DNA of 62,072 nucleotides, counting the filler, from Chiloscyllium plagiosum (taxonomy: Eukaryota), in the NCBI RefSeq assembly GCF_004010195.1. It is 3 parts of one record of this genome, joined end to end, with 100 filler letters (N's around TTAATTAATTAA, not from the genome) between each part and the next. Parts side by side here need not be neighbours in the genome. Positions count along the whole stretch, not along the records: positions 1 to 31,544 come from NC_057710.1; 2 more parts are not named here. One strand, 5' to 3'. The notes under the pieces are model-generated. The model saw only the letters and a list, made by a program, of their open reading frames with translations. It was not told the origin of the DNA and made no database searches. The translations under genes and the position numbers were made by a program. This document shows, in pieces, positions 1 to 12,310 of the stretch (position 1 is the first letter of the stretch; every line of letters starts with the position of its first letter).

Positions 1-132
1 GGTCTGGGAGATGATGGTTTGGTGGTGGGGGGTGGGGTCATGGTCAAGGGGGCAGTAGGAGGAGGTATCTGCGAGCTGGCGTCTGGCCTCAGCGGTGTAG
101 AGGTCGGTGCGCCAAACTACTACTGCGCCTCC
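1..132 (-). mobile_element. Penelope-like element fragment (pre-RT region), 5'-truncated, continues off the window start
   Basis: Minus strand reads GGAVVVWRTDLYTAEARRQLADTSSYCPLDHDPT, the PLE (DK)GGAVVV region; nearly the same peptide occurs at 61930-62072. Confidence 0.8.
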
Positions 133-653
133 ACATGACCAATCTAACACCGCATGAGATGTTCACAGGCAGACCTGTGCCAGTGCCCAGGTGGAGAGGC
201 CATACAAAGGGCCTAGGTTGGAGCAGTTAAGCTTAGAACTTAAGAAATATATGCAGCAGCTAACTATGATACATGAGACTATCCACCTGCAGGAAACACA
301 AAGGGAACCAACACCTGTCAACGAGGAAGGACCTATTAAACCCGGGGATTGGGTGTCCATGCGGGCCTTCCGAAGGCACTGGAATGAGCCGAGGAGAGAG
401 GGACCTTTCATAGTGACTAAGGCATCACCTACCACCATCCAAGTGGAAGGACGACACATATGATACCACTTTAATCATTGTACTAAAGCTCTCCCACCAG
501 CACAAACTAACTCTGACACTGAGGTAAGTGGAGCTGAGGCTGAGGAACTTGGACATGGGCAGGGCACACAGGAGGTTAGTACCCCTCAGCAGGGTTCCAA
601 ACAAGGTACAGGTGAAGTTCTTGGGGATACTGATCATTCCAGAAATGATTGTG

Positions 654-2244
654 ATGGAGATGTGGAGCATTGCTCTTCTCCTGGCAGCAGGGGATGGGGG
701 AGACATGGGGGAATGCCTCTGATACCCCCCTCTCTGATGCCAGGCCTGCATATTCAGAATTGGAGACAATTAACTTGGCAGACCTGGATTGGTAACGCTA
801 GAGTCACTCAGGCTGGGAGGCAAGGATGTATTTGAAGTGCAGACCTTTCTGCCCTAACATGGGTACGTGCCCGTGACAATCACTGGTATCAATGAGCAAA
901 CTATACGGCTGTAATGATGGCTAGACAGGACTGTTTCTTGTGCACTAAAGTGACCCCCTCACACTATGTTGTCCCTATGCCCTATAACTTGACCACCTGT
1001 ACTCAATGGCATTTGCAGCACTCTAGCTGACCTCTTAATCCGGATGATTCATCAATTTACAGGCAACTCTATTGCCCGTTTTGGTGCCTCCTACTTCAGG
1101 CCTCTACATTCTACCAGCACGATGATGTGGTCAGGCAGCAACTCCAGTGATGGTGTGGCTATAGTACCCCATGGTCCACCAATAAGACTAATTACATGTT
1201 CCCCGTGGCTGCTTTCAGGATACAGGATAAGTTTTGAATACTTTAAGTGAAATGGTTCCATACCAGTCGACTATTTTAAGGGTCTTTGAGGGAATACAAT
1301 TGAACTCAAAGTGGACATAACATTTGGGGCTATCACAAATTCTCAATGCGTCCCACTGGCAGGTACTTGGTGGCTGTGTGGTAAGAAAGGAGGGTTGCGC
1401 CTGATGCTGCCTGCTGACTGGAGTGGCAGCTGTGCCCATGTAATGCCCCTACACAAGGTCGCTATATTGCTACATGCGCAGCTTTGCACTACGTCACAGT
1501 CAGCTTTGCGCCAAACTAAGCGACGGTATGTCCCTGATCCAACGATTCGGATTGATAACATAGGCAGCCAAGAGGCATTCCTAATGAGTTTAAGGCCCGC
1601 AATGAGATTGCCGTGAGTTGGGAGGCTCTCATCCCAGTGATAGGGGTTAGTAAGAATGCTGAATAGATTAATTACATTTATTACAACCAGCAGAGATTTA
1701 TCAATTATACTGACGATGCCCTTGTGGCCTTGGGAGAACAATTGGATACTATTATGAAAATGACATGGCAAAATAGACAGGCCTTAGATTGGATACTGGC
1801 AGAAAAAGGTGGGATTTGTGTGATGTTTTGGGAGCATTGCTGCACCTTTATATCTAACAACACTAGCCTGGTGGATCTTTTACGAAAGCAATGGAAAAAC
1901 TAAAGAATCTAAGACAGGAGCTAAAAGATAATGCGGGGTTTGGTTATCAGGCTTTTGATTGATTGAATAATATATTAGGGTCTACAGAAGCATGGTTTGT
2001 CACGATTGCTCTTATTATAGGTGCAGTTTTACTTGTTGTCCCCTTCGTCTTTTGTTGTGCTTTACTTTTTATTAAGTCTTTGTTAGTTCACCTCACTACA
2101 CGACACATTATGTTCATTTCAGCTACCCCAGGAAGTGCTTCCTCTTCTGACAGAGTCCCACCGCTCTACTACTATGATCTAACAACTGCCACTGTGCAAG
2201 GAATATGTCCACATGAGGACATCAATGATACTTCTGAAGAATGA
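654..2244 (+). pseudogene. env: Disrupted gamma-type env of ERV1 (start approximate)
   Basis: CFLC (CXXC) at 932-943; WWLCG...LPADWSGSC; furin site RQTKRR; PRGIPNEFKARNEIA; INYIYYNQQRFINYT; ISD WQNRQALDWILAEKGG followed by CVMFWEHCC (CX6CC); hydrophobic TM in ORF 1963-2244. Several stops and frameshifts. Confidence 0.9.
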
Positions 2245-2473
2245 GGGGGTCATGGATTGTGAGGGATCTTGGGTATTTTTTCCTGTTCTGGTTATTGGAG
2301 GGCAGGGTTTTGGCCAAAGGGACCCCAGGAACAGAGGAAAAACCCTTTAAGTCTCAGACTCCAAAAATTATTTGGTCCGTGTTGGGACCTACATTGTTTG
2401 CATTGGGCACCAGAAGGGCTGAGCTTATTGTCTTCTTTCTCTAGGTGAGACCAGTGGGTCTCAAAGGGGGGAA

Positions 2474-3216
2474 TATGGAAAATAAAGAGCATGAAAGCAT
2501 GGGAAGGGTTAAAGCATGACGATCACTGGTGATCTGTTGCAAGGGCTCTGTGGAATGCTACACTCGTCAAACGGTCACTATGGCAGGATGGGATAAGAAT
2601 AGTGGAATGCTCCTACACCAATGTGCAGAATAAGGTTGAGGCTCAAGATCACTATGGCGGGATGAGATAACACAGTTAGTAAAGTCAGGCTTGCCTGCTA
2701 AATATCATCATGGCAGGTTTGGAATAGGTTTTAATAATAAATGTTTGGGACATGACGTTAAATATTTAATTAATAGGAAGTGAAGTCAGCCTGCTTGAGA
2801 CCCTTGACAATAAATATCTAATTAATAGTTAGTAGAGTCAGCCTGCTTGAGACCATGACAGTAAAATATCTAATCATGGCATTAGAAACATTAAGTAGGG
2901 TCTGGGATGAAAGACCATTGTTGCAAGCTGACACTAAATATCTAATCGTGACATTAGAATAACATTAATTAGAATGTAGGAAAAACTATAGTGGCACAAC
3001 TAAAGAGATCATGGGAACTAACATCACTGGTTTATTGTATAGCTGGAGTGAGGTAACTCTGATAAAAAAAAGATACGAAGAGCCATGGACCCTGAGGTTG
3101 GTGGGCATTCAAGGATCTGCTTTCTCAGTACATGGTGTTTTGTTTGCAAATAAAAGACCTTCTCCTTGAAAAACTCTCTGTGTCTCCTGGTGATTCTCTA
3201 CATTTTCTCCACAACA
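2474..3216 (+). repeat. 3' LTR of ERV1
   Basis: Follows the PPT; imperfect terminal inverted repeat (tatggaaaat / attttctccacaaca); internal U3 direct repeats; AATAAA at 3149-3154. Confidence 0.75.
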
Positions 3217-3711
3217 GAAGTCAATGCTACCAATGGCATTAGCATGCTTATTGCTGTGTGTGGACCCTCACAGTGACTGTATGTAACAACAATGTAGGTT
3301 TGAGCAAAACTCCTCCTATTCCGAAATACTGGACCAAAGTCCTGGACTTTTAAAATTAACTTTTGAAAGTAAAAGGCTATGCTCTAGGAAAATACCCAGA
3401 GACAGCTGCGTGAAACCATGGTTCAGCCTGAAAATCCAATTCAGACCTCAAATCTAAAAGAGCAATTAACCAGACCTAACTCTACCCCAACGCAGACTGA
3501 ATGGTGTCGTGGCAGATACCAGAAATTCAACTTCAATGAATATTCATGCACAAAGATACCGGTCATTCCACTGAATCAAAATACTTTCACACCTACTCTT
3601 AATTATCAGGAAGCCAATTGATCTCAAAAGGAAACACCAGTAACACAATGACAAGCGCAGATTTAATGCCAAGAGACCTGTAATTAGTATAATTGCAGGC
3701 CTCGATCTGAC

Positions 3712-4053
3712 CTGATGTGGAGGTGCTGGTATTGGACTGGGTTGGACAAAGTTAAAAATCACACAACACCAGGTTATAGTGCAACAGGTTATAGTGGAAG
3801 TACAAGCTTTCAAGTGCTGCTCCTTCATCAGGTAGCTAGTGGAGAAGGATCACAGGAGACAGAATTTGTAGCAAAAATAATCGTGTCATTTACTGATGCA
3901 ATATATTGAACAAACCTAGATTGCTGTAAAGTCTTTCATCTTTCAGAATGGGCTGCAGGTTTTGATTCATTAATATGTAAATCTCAGAACTTCTTTCAAG
4001 TCACATTCCCGATATAACTTAAGGTTTTATAGAAAAAGGTGAGATCTCAGCTC
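3712..4053 (-). mobile_element. PLE terminal-repeat fragment with a degenerate hammerhead motif
   Basis: Shares aaaaatcacacaacaccaggttatagt with the 51247-52312 element; minus strand has CTGATGA...GAAAGC at about 3805-3831. Confidence 0.65.
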
Positions 4054-5164
4054 AAAAGAGGAATCCCAAAGCCATTCTGAAACCTACCGACACTGAGCTG
4101 TTCCATACCAGGGAAACCAGCGGTGACCGACCACGACCTGCAGACCTGAGAACCGACAAACTCCGAAAATCACTGACCTAACTGACACGGCAAGGCCTCA
4201 GGCACATCCTGAGGGAAACCAAGCTCTCAAAACCCTCCAGAAAGTAAGAAGAATGACGTACTCACCTGAAGAATCCAAAACACATCCTACCGCATCAGCA
4301 GAATCAACCCAGACTGAAGGCCTACACTGTCCAAAGTCTTCAGCAAGGCACCGGGTAAGGCAAGCAGGAACAGCCGCCCGTGATTCAAACTTGCGATTTC
4401 TCCCCAGGGGTGAGCATAATTCTCAAGATGCAAAAGTTTCCAACCTAGCGAGCCAGGAGGGGGAGGTAGATGGTTCCAGTGCTGGGAACCCAAGGGTAGG
4501 AAGCCGAATAATAGTTTCTGTGATATAAACCTGCTGTTTAATTCTAATAATGTTTAACCTGTATTCAATTTAATAGTGTATCGAATTACTGTCCTCTGTA
4601 GAATTGTGTCTATATCACTGTTTTATTATATTTTCCTTTTATTTCTTGCATTACACTTACCATTTTGTAGTTAAATAAACACAGAGATTCTTTCTCCCTG
4701 AAACACCAGTCTACTGCCTTCTCCATTTCAAAGTCCCTAGATAAGTCCAGTGTCAGAACCAGGGATCTGGAGGTGATTTGAACCACCTAAAAATCAGCAA
4801 ATTACTGACCGTAAATCAGAAACCATGAGACCATAAGACAACGGAGCAGAAGTTAGGACATTCAGCCCATTGAGTCTGCTCCACCATTCAATCATGGATG
4901 ATAAGTTTCTCATCGCCATTCTCCTGTCATCTTCTTGTAATCCTCGATTCCCTCAAGAACCTATCTATCTTAGTCTTAAATATACTCAATGACCTGGCCT
5001 CTACAGTTTTCAGTGGCAGTGAATTCCATAGATCCACCACTCTCTGGCTGAAGAAGTTTCTCCTTATCTCCATTCTAAAAGTTTTTCACTTTACTGTAAG
5101 AAACCCTTCAACATACAGGAAATATTGGTAACTAGAAAAGTTATGATCCTGCCTAGCCTCCAGT

Positions 5165-6875
5165 TATAGAGTCATAGAGGTGTACAGTACAGAAACAGAC
5201 CCGTCAGTCCAACTTGTCTGTGCCGACCAGATATTCCAACCCAATCTAGTCCCACTTGCCAACACCCCAAGCATATTCCTCCAAACCCTTCCTGTACCCA
5301 TCCAGATGCCTTTTAAATGTTGCAATTGTACTAGCTTCCACCACTTCCCCTGGCAGCTCATTCCATACACGTACCACCCTCTGTGTGAAAAGGTTGCCCC
5401 TTCGGTCTCTTTTATATCTTTCCCCTCTCACCCTAAATCTATGCCCTCTATTTCTGGACACCCCCACCCCAGGGAAAAGACTTTGTCTATTTATCCTATC
5501 CATGCCCCTCATGATTTTATAAACCTCTATAAGGTCACCTCTCAGCCTCTGACCCTCCAAGGTCACCCCTCAGCCCTCTCCCTATAGCTCAAATCCTCCA
5601 ACCCTGGCAACATTCTTGTAAATCTTTTCTGAACCCTTTCAAGTTTCACAACATCCTTCTGATAGGGGATGCATGCAATATTCCAAAAGTGGCCAACATC
5701 CTGTTCAGCCACACCAAACCTCCCAACTTCTATATTCAATGCTCTGATCAATAAAGGAAAGCTACCACATGCCTTCTTCACTATCCTATCTACAGCACCA
5801 CTCCCTAGGACCTTACCATCAAGTGTATAAGTTCTGCTAAGATTGGCTTTCCCAAAATGCAACACCTCTCATTTATCTAAATTAAACTCCATCTGCCACT
5901 CCTTAGCCCATTGGCACATTTGATCAAGATCCCATTGTAATTCGAGGTAACCTTCTTCACTGTCCACTACAGCTCCAATTTTGGTGTCATCTGCAAACTT
6001 ACTAGCCATACCTCCTATGTTCACATCCAAATCATTTGTATAAATGATGAAAAGTAGTGGACCAGCACTGATCCTTGTGGCACTTCACCGGTCACACGCC
6101 TCCAGTCTGAAAAACAACCCTCCACCACACCCTCTGTTTTCCACCTTCAAGCCTGTTCTGTATTCAAATGGTTAGTTGTTTCTGTATTCCATGAGATCTA
6201 ACCTTGTTAACCAATCTCCCATGAGGAACCTTATCGAACTACTTACTGAAGTCCACATAGATCACATCCACAGCTCTGCCCTCATCAATCTTCTTTGTTA
6301 TTTCTTCAAAAAACTCAATCAAGTTTGTGAGACATGATTCCCCATGCACAAGGCCATGTTGACTATCCCTAATCAGCCCTTACCTTTCCAAATATCCTCA
6401 GGATTCCTTCCAACAACATGCCCACCACTGACATCAGGGTCACTGGTCCCTGGCTTGTCCTTACCACTCTTCTTAAACAGTAGCACCACGTTAGCCAATC
6501 TCCAGTCTGCTGGCAGCTCACCTGTGACTATCAATGATACAGATATCTCAGCAAGGGGCCCAGCAATCACTTCACTAGCTTCCCACAGGGTTCTAGGGTA
6601 CACCTGATCAGGTCCTGGGGATTTAACCACTTTTATGTGTTTCAAGACATCCAGCATTTCCTTCTCTGTAATATTGACTTTTCTCAAGATGTCACCATCT
6701 ATCCCTCATCAAAAATTCTTTCAGCCACCATTATACTGTCCTTGACTAACAAGGCCACACCTCCCCTCTTTTACCACCTTCCCTGATCTTAAAGAAACAT
6801 CTAAACCCTGGAACCTGTATCATCCATTCCTGACCCCTCTCTATCCATATCTCCGAAATGGCCACAACATCGAGG
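5165..6875 (-). mobile_element. CR1/HER1-type LINE, degenerate, internally deleted
   Basis: Minus-strand ORF2 pieces KSPGPDQVYPRTLWEA, WRLANVV, LERVQKRFTRMLPG, LRGDLIEVYKIM; (ctctatga)-type 3' tail at about 5165-5180; endonuclease-region fragment at about 6710-6875. Confidence 0.9.
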
Positions 6876-8075
6876 CTATGTTACATCAGCTTCAACTATT
6901 CGAGTCTCAGTGTCTATTTTGATGGGTGTGCCAGCTCTGTAGGCTTTATCAACTACTGCTCATAGGGAAGGTTGTTGCTACCATCCTCATTAGTGTGGGA
7001 AACTAGGATCTGCTTGGTCTTCCATGGTGAGAAAGAACACTTCCGGAACTGACTAGAAGGATCTCTTGTAGTTAACAAGGTATAGCTCCAACTTACATTG
7101 ATATCATAGACATTCTTAAAGAGACTTTGAGGAGGACCAGAGGTTTGCTAAGTTGTTCTCCAGCAGACACCATTATAGTAAGTGGAGTTGATGGCCTTTC
7201 TCAGTAGTTACCCTTTCATACTGACATACAGCAAAGTGCACATTCCTCTCCTCTCCCAGAACCCCCATCAAGCCCATTCCTTTGACCAAATGTCTGGCCA
7301 ATCTTCCTAATATCATCTTCTTTAGCTCAGTGTCCATTTGATTTTAGGAATCTGTCTCTCTATATCATTTTGACCTGTACATCCATGTCAAAGACATTAG
7401 TTAAATGTAAATATGTGTTTAATATTTTTGACTAATTTATCCCAAGATCAGCAGAAACCTCGGAGATGTGATGACTTTACTTCAGCTCTTCAGGGTTTCC
7501 ACAAATGAAGAAGGGAAACCAGCCAGGAATCTGGTGAGCTTACCTCATCCTTACCCTTACACCGAAGCCCCCTCCCACCACTGTATCTTCTGCACGTAAA
7601 CAGCATTTTCTGAGTTACCATCAGTTTTGAGGAAGGGCCATTCAATCTAAAACTGAAAGATTGTCTCTTCCACCTAGTGAACTCCCCTCCTTGAGGATTT
7701 CTCTTTCAGAGCTTTGACTTTTTTGAGGCCTCAGATTGTGTTTAATATCACTTAGAGCTCATGGTGTGATCCATCATATACAAAGGGTGGGAAAGCGAAA
7801 TCAATAACATAAAGGCACAAAAAATAGACAGGGGGGTTGGTAGCTGGGGGAACTGCAGTCTAGGTCTGTGGGCAAGGCTGATTCATTAGCCACCCTCTTT
7901 ACTATTTCAAAGGTATACTTTATCCTTTAAGAAAAGTATATAGACATACAAAGTCAGTAAAGCAGTTCAGGTCTGTACAAACATTGGAGTTTGACTCTAT
8001 CCAACAAACACACCAAACGTCTCTTGTGCGTTAGTATGTTTCCTGAAAAATAGCCTTCCTCTAACTCATCAGTGC

Positions 8076-8367
8076 TGTCCAGATATCCTAAATTAATCTA
8101 GTCCTATTTGTCAGCTTTTTGCCCATAACCCTCCAAACCCTGCCTATTCATATACCCATCCAGATGCCTTTTAAATGTTGCAATTGTACCAGTCTCCGCC
8201 ACTTCCTCTGGCAGCTCATTCCATACGCGCACCACCCTCTGTGTGAAAATCTTTCCCCTCTCACCCTAAACCTATTCACTCTAGTTCTAGACTCCCCCAC
8301 CGCGAGGAAAAGCCCTTGTCTATTTACACTATCCATGACCCTCCCGGTTTCATAAACCTCTATAAGG
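8076..8367 (-). mobile_element. CR1 LINE 3' fragment just upstream of CCKAR
   Basis: DLIEVY...SRTRVNRFRVRGE; same 3' region as the other CR1 copies. Confidence 0.8.
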
Positions 8368-8439
8368 TCTGTATTGTCGAGATACCGGGACTTATTTCTG
8401 CTCTGGACATTAGACCAAAGCACCAAATCGAGACTGTGG

Positions 8440-8853
8440 TGCACAGAGCTCTCTGTGTTGGCGGGGCGGGTCGAGCTGAGGACCTGCTTCAGGCTGTCAC
8501 TGAGATCTGTGTTGGTGCTTCACTCCTCCCACTGAGCTGGCCAGCTTACACCGGGCAGAGTTAGAAACACCTCTCGGCGCCCCCTGGACACAGGCAAAGC
8601 AGCAGCCAACCGACAGCAGCTTGAAGCAGAGATGCTCAGTCTGGTTCAGCTTTGACAGGAGAGGAAACGTTTACATTTTAAAGTCTTGTTTACAAGCTGC
8701 CGGAGTATTTCAGTGATTGGACAGCGGATCCATCAGAAATAAGAAGGGTATTTTGTAATTTGAAGAAGATTTGAGAAACTTTGTTTAGAATGGATCGATG
8801 GCGCGGGCAGTTGCATTCTTCAAAACAGTAGGAGACACCCCAAGCATTTGTAA
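8440..8853 (+). promoter_or_regulatory. Probable CCKAR proximal promoter and 5' UTR
   Basis: Locally GC/CpG-richer unique sequence with a GC box (ggcggggcggg, about 8460-8470) upstream of the start ATG. The TSS cannot be determined. Confidence 0.4.
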
Positions 8854-8983
8854 ATGGAGACGGTTCCTGATCTTCTTATTAACCTCACAGTCATCGCAAG
8901 TCCGCTCGGTGCAGCCGACACCAAGAGGGAGACGGAGAGCTGCAGGAATGAGAGCTGTGAGCAGTTCCTCAGGCCACCCAGAG
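8854..8983 (+). CDS. CCKAR: Cholecystokinin receptor type A, coding exon 1
   Basis: ATG at 8854; N-glycosylation sequons NLT and NES; phase-1 donor AG|GTACTA at 8984 matches the acceptor at 9070. Confidence 0.75.
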
Positions 8984-9070
8984 GTACTACCCGACAACTG
9001 TTAGAGAGAGAGAGAGAGAGAGCACGGCATATCCTTCAGGCTAACCCTGTCTCCTCTGTTCCCCTTCCAG

Positions 9071-9322
9071 ATCTGAATCAAACGGTGCGGATCTTCCTGT
9101 ACTGTCTGTTTTTTCTCCTGAGTGTGCTTGGCAATGTCCTGATCATCACTGTCTTACTGAGGAACAAGAGGCTGAGGACTGTTACCAACTCGTTCCTGCT
9201 CTCGCTGGCCACCAGTGACCTGATGTTGTGCCTCTTCTGCATGCCCTTCACCCTCATCCCAAACCTGCTCAAGGATTTCATTTTCGGAAGCGCTGTTTGC
9301 AAAGCTGTCAGTTACTTTATGG
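9071..9322 (+). CDS. CCKAR: CCKAR exon 2 (TM1 to start of TM3)
   Basis: Polypyrimidine tract plus cag acceptor; LSVLGNVLIITVL-RNKRLRTVTN-FLLSLA-SDLMLCLFCMPFTLIPNLLKDFIFG; donor G|GTAAAG at 9323; 252 bp. Confidence 0.95.
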
Positions 9323-10239
9323 GTAAAGCATAATTTCCGCTGATGTAAGACTGGCGTACACTGAGGCGCGGGCTAAGCAGCCGGCCAGAGAGCACGCTCA
9401 TTCTGCATTTCCTTCCATTTCACGGGGAAGGGTGTCGATTGGTAGGACTTTAGAAATATTGCCTGTAGCGAAGTTGAATGCTGAGTAATCCCTGTGGAAC
9501 TCACTAAAAGTGGATGGTAGGTAGTTAGTGGTAGTGAGCTAACGTGGGACTTTAGAGTCATGAGGTCTACACGCCACCGCCTTTTAATGTATCTCTCCCC
9601 ACTTTAATATACCGATACCGTCTCTCTGTACACATCTGGGAAAGTTAGTGGAAGGTCAGGAATTACAACCGAAGGTGCATCAACGGGAAGACAGTTTAAT
9701 TATTAGCATCCACGTTTGGTATTGCTAGGCAGTTAAGGCTTAAACTATGTTCAATACAACTTTTATTTAATAATGTTTTTACAGTCATTGTCTCATGGCT
9801 AGAGTCACCAGCCCATCGCAAATTGAGAAAGAAGGTGGAGGGGAGTTGCTGTAGTGAGCAGCTGCAGTCCGTGTTTGGTCTGTGCAGTATGCACATCACT
9901 GTGAGCAGCTTCGGGAGGGGTTCCAGGGGTTTAACCCAGTGACAGCGAACGAACAGCAATGCATTTCCAAGTCAGAATGGTGTGCAACTTGGAGGGGAAC
10001 CTGCAGGTGGTGACGCTACCATGCACCTGCTGCTCTCTTGTCCTTCTGGGTAGAAGCGGTGAGTTGGAAGGTGCAGTTGAAGGGAGCTATCCTGAGTATA
10101 GCGTACATATGGTACACACTGTGCATGCGTGAGCAACAGCTGATGGGTGGGCTACCAATCAAGCAGACGTCCTTGGCTTCAGTGGTGTTGAGGTGCTTTG
10201 TCACTGAAACTGCACTCATCCAGACAAGTGATCATAAGG

Positions 10240-11960
10240 TATGGAAACAGAAGTAGGCCTTTCTGCCCATCGAGTCTGCCCTGTCAGACTCACCACATGG
10301 GGAAACAACCTTTGCACATCTACCTTCTCAATTCAACTAAGTACTTTGTATGTTTCAATAAGGTCACTGTTCATTTTTCTGAACTCTGATCAGTACAAAC
10401 CCAATTTACTTGCTCCTTTTAAATGTTCCCTTTGAAATCTCTGCCACTGAACCTGAATGCTAACTTCTTATGATTCATGCACTGAAACTACCAAATCCCT
10501 CAGTGCAGCAGCTTCCTCTATTCTTTCTTCCAAAGTGCAAAACTTCATATTCTCCACATTACATTCCATCTGGCAACTCTTTGAACACTGACTGAATCTG
10601 TCTATATCTCTCTATAGACTCTCTGTGTCATCCTCACTAATTCCCTTCCCACCTATTTTTGAGTCATCCACAAACTTAGATATTTTACATTCATTTTCCT
10701 CATACAAGTCATTCATATACATTGTAATAAATGTGGCCCTAGCACTACCTGTGGCACTCCACTAGTTACATTAGCTACAGGTGGGCTATCCTGTAAATGC
10801 CCCCCTTATCCTAGCTCTTTATCTTCAATTAGTTAACCAATTGGGCAAAACACATCCAGAAACCCTAGCCACTCTCCCTCACATCAAGGACATCTTAGAA
10901 ATGACTTCCAGACTACTCAGACCCCTTGGCATCATGGTAGCCCACAAACCCACCAACACACTAAAACAGCAGCTAATTAACTTGACAGACAACAAGCAAA
11001 ACACCTTGCAAGAACTGTGACAAACAGTACATTGGACAAACAGGCAGAAAACTAGCCACCAGGATACATGAACATCAACTAACCACAAAAAGACATGACT
11101 CACTCTCACTAGTATCCTTTCATATGGATAAGGAAGGACACCACTTTGACTGGGACAACACATCCATCCTAGGACAAGCCAAACAGAGACATGCACGAGA
11201 ATTCCTAGAAGCATGGCATTCCAACCAGAACTCTATCAACAAACACGTTAACTTGGATCCCATTTACCACACCCTGAGAAAAAGAATAGGAAATGACGTC
11301 ACCATAGGAAATGCCATCACCACAGGAAATTACATCACCAACCCAAGGAAACCCAAACATATAAATAGAAAGCGGGCTACACCACCAGTGCTTCATCCAA
11401 TGGCTCACTGAAGATGTTACCTCGTATGGCGACAAAATGTCTGAAAACGAACCTTCCAGCTCAGCGAGCAAACCTACATCCAGAACCTCAACCTGAGCTA
11501 CAAATCTTCTCAAAACTCACTAGTTAACCAATTGTCTATCAATGCTAAGATGCTAACCCAACACAATGGGTGATTACCTTATGAAATACCTTAATAAGTG
11601 GTGCCTTAACAAGAGTCCAATATATTCCTAAAATCCCTGTATACTACATCCACTGTGTCTCCTTTATCTATACTGTTTGTTTCACCCTCAAAGCATTTTA
11701 ATAAATTCACCAGGAATGATTTCCCCTTCATGAAGCCATCTATTTGATCATATTATGTATTTCTAAATGTTCTGCTATTACATCCTTTCTAATAGACTCC
11801 AACCTTTTCACAATAAGGTGCAAAGTATTTATTCAAATCCTCTGCTATTTTCTAACTCTCTGTTATCATTTCTCCAGCCTTGCTGTCTAAGAGGCTTATG
11901 TTACATTTGGCCTCCCTCTTCCTTTTTATATATTTAAAGAAGCTCTCACTGTCCATCCTG
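10240..11960 (-). mobile_element. Old CR1-like LINE fragment in CCKAR intron 2, interrupted by a PLE
   Basis: Degenerate reverse-complement RT-like sequence (e.g. gagtcatccacaaactt, KFVDD on the minus strand) on both sides of the 10844-11520 insertion. Confidence 0.55.
10844..11520 (+). mobile_element. Penelope-like element 3' part (GIY-YIG endonuclease) with 14-bp TSD
   Basis: LATLPHIK...VAHKPTNTL, QYIGQTGRKLATRIHEH, HHFDWDNTSILGQ...REFLEAWH; TSD tagttaaccaattg at 10830-10843 and 11521-11534; mutated hammerhead motif at 11408-11441. Confidence 0.9.
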
Positions 11961-11972
11961 ATATTACTTGAT

Positions 11973-12310
11973 GGGGTGGCATGGTGACTTAGTGGTTAGC
12001 ACTGCTGCTTCACAGCACCAGAGACCAAGGTTCGATTCCTGCCTCAGGTGACTGTCTGTGTGGAGTTTGCACATTCTCCTCGTGTCTGTGTGGGTTTCCT
12101 CCCACAGTCCAAAGATGTGCTGACTAGGCGAATGAGTCATGCTAAATTGCCCATAGTATTCAGGGATGTGTAGCTGAGGTGTATTAATCAGGGATAAATG
12201 TAGAGAAATAGGGTAGGATAATGGGTCTGGGTGGACTACCCTTCGGAGGGTCGGTGTGGACTTGTTGGGCCAGAGGGTCTGTTTCTACATTGCAGAGATT
12301 CTATGATGAT
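11973..12310 (+). mobile_element. HE1-type tRNA-derived SINE
   Basis: A-box-like tgacttagtgg, B box ggttcgattcc; body shared with the other copies. Confidence 0.8.

Larger units (their letters stand above)
133..3216 (+). mobile_element. Partial endogenous retrovirus 1 (class I, gamma/epsilon-like): end of integrase, env, PPT, 3' LTR
   Basis: Integrase C-terminus (LTPHEMFTGRP; PGDWV...EPRREGPF), env motifs, PPT AAAGGGGGGAA at 2463-2473, then an LTR ending in CA. Confidence 0.9.
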
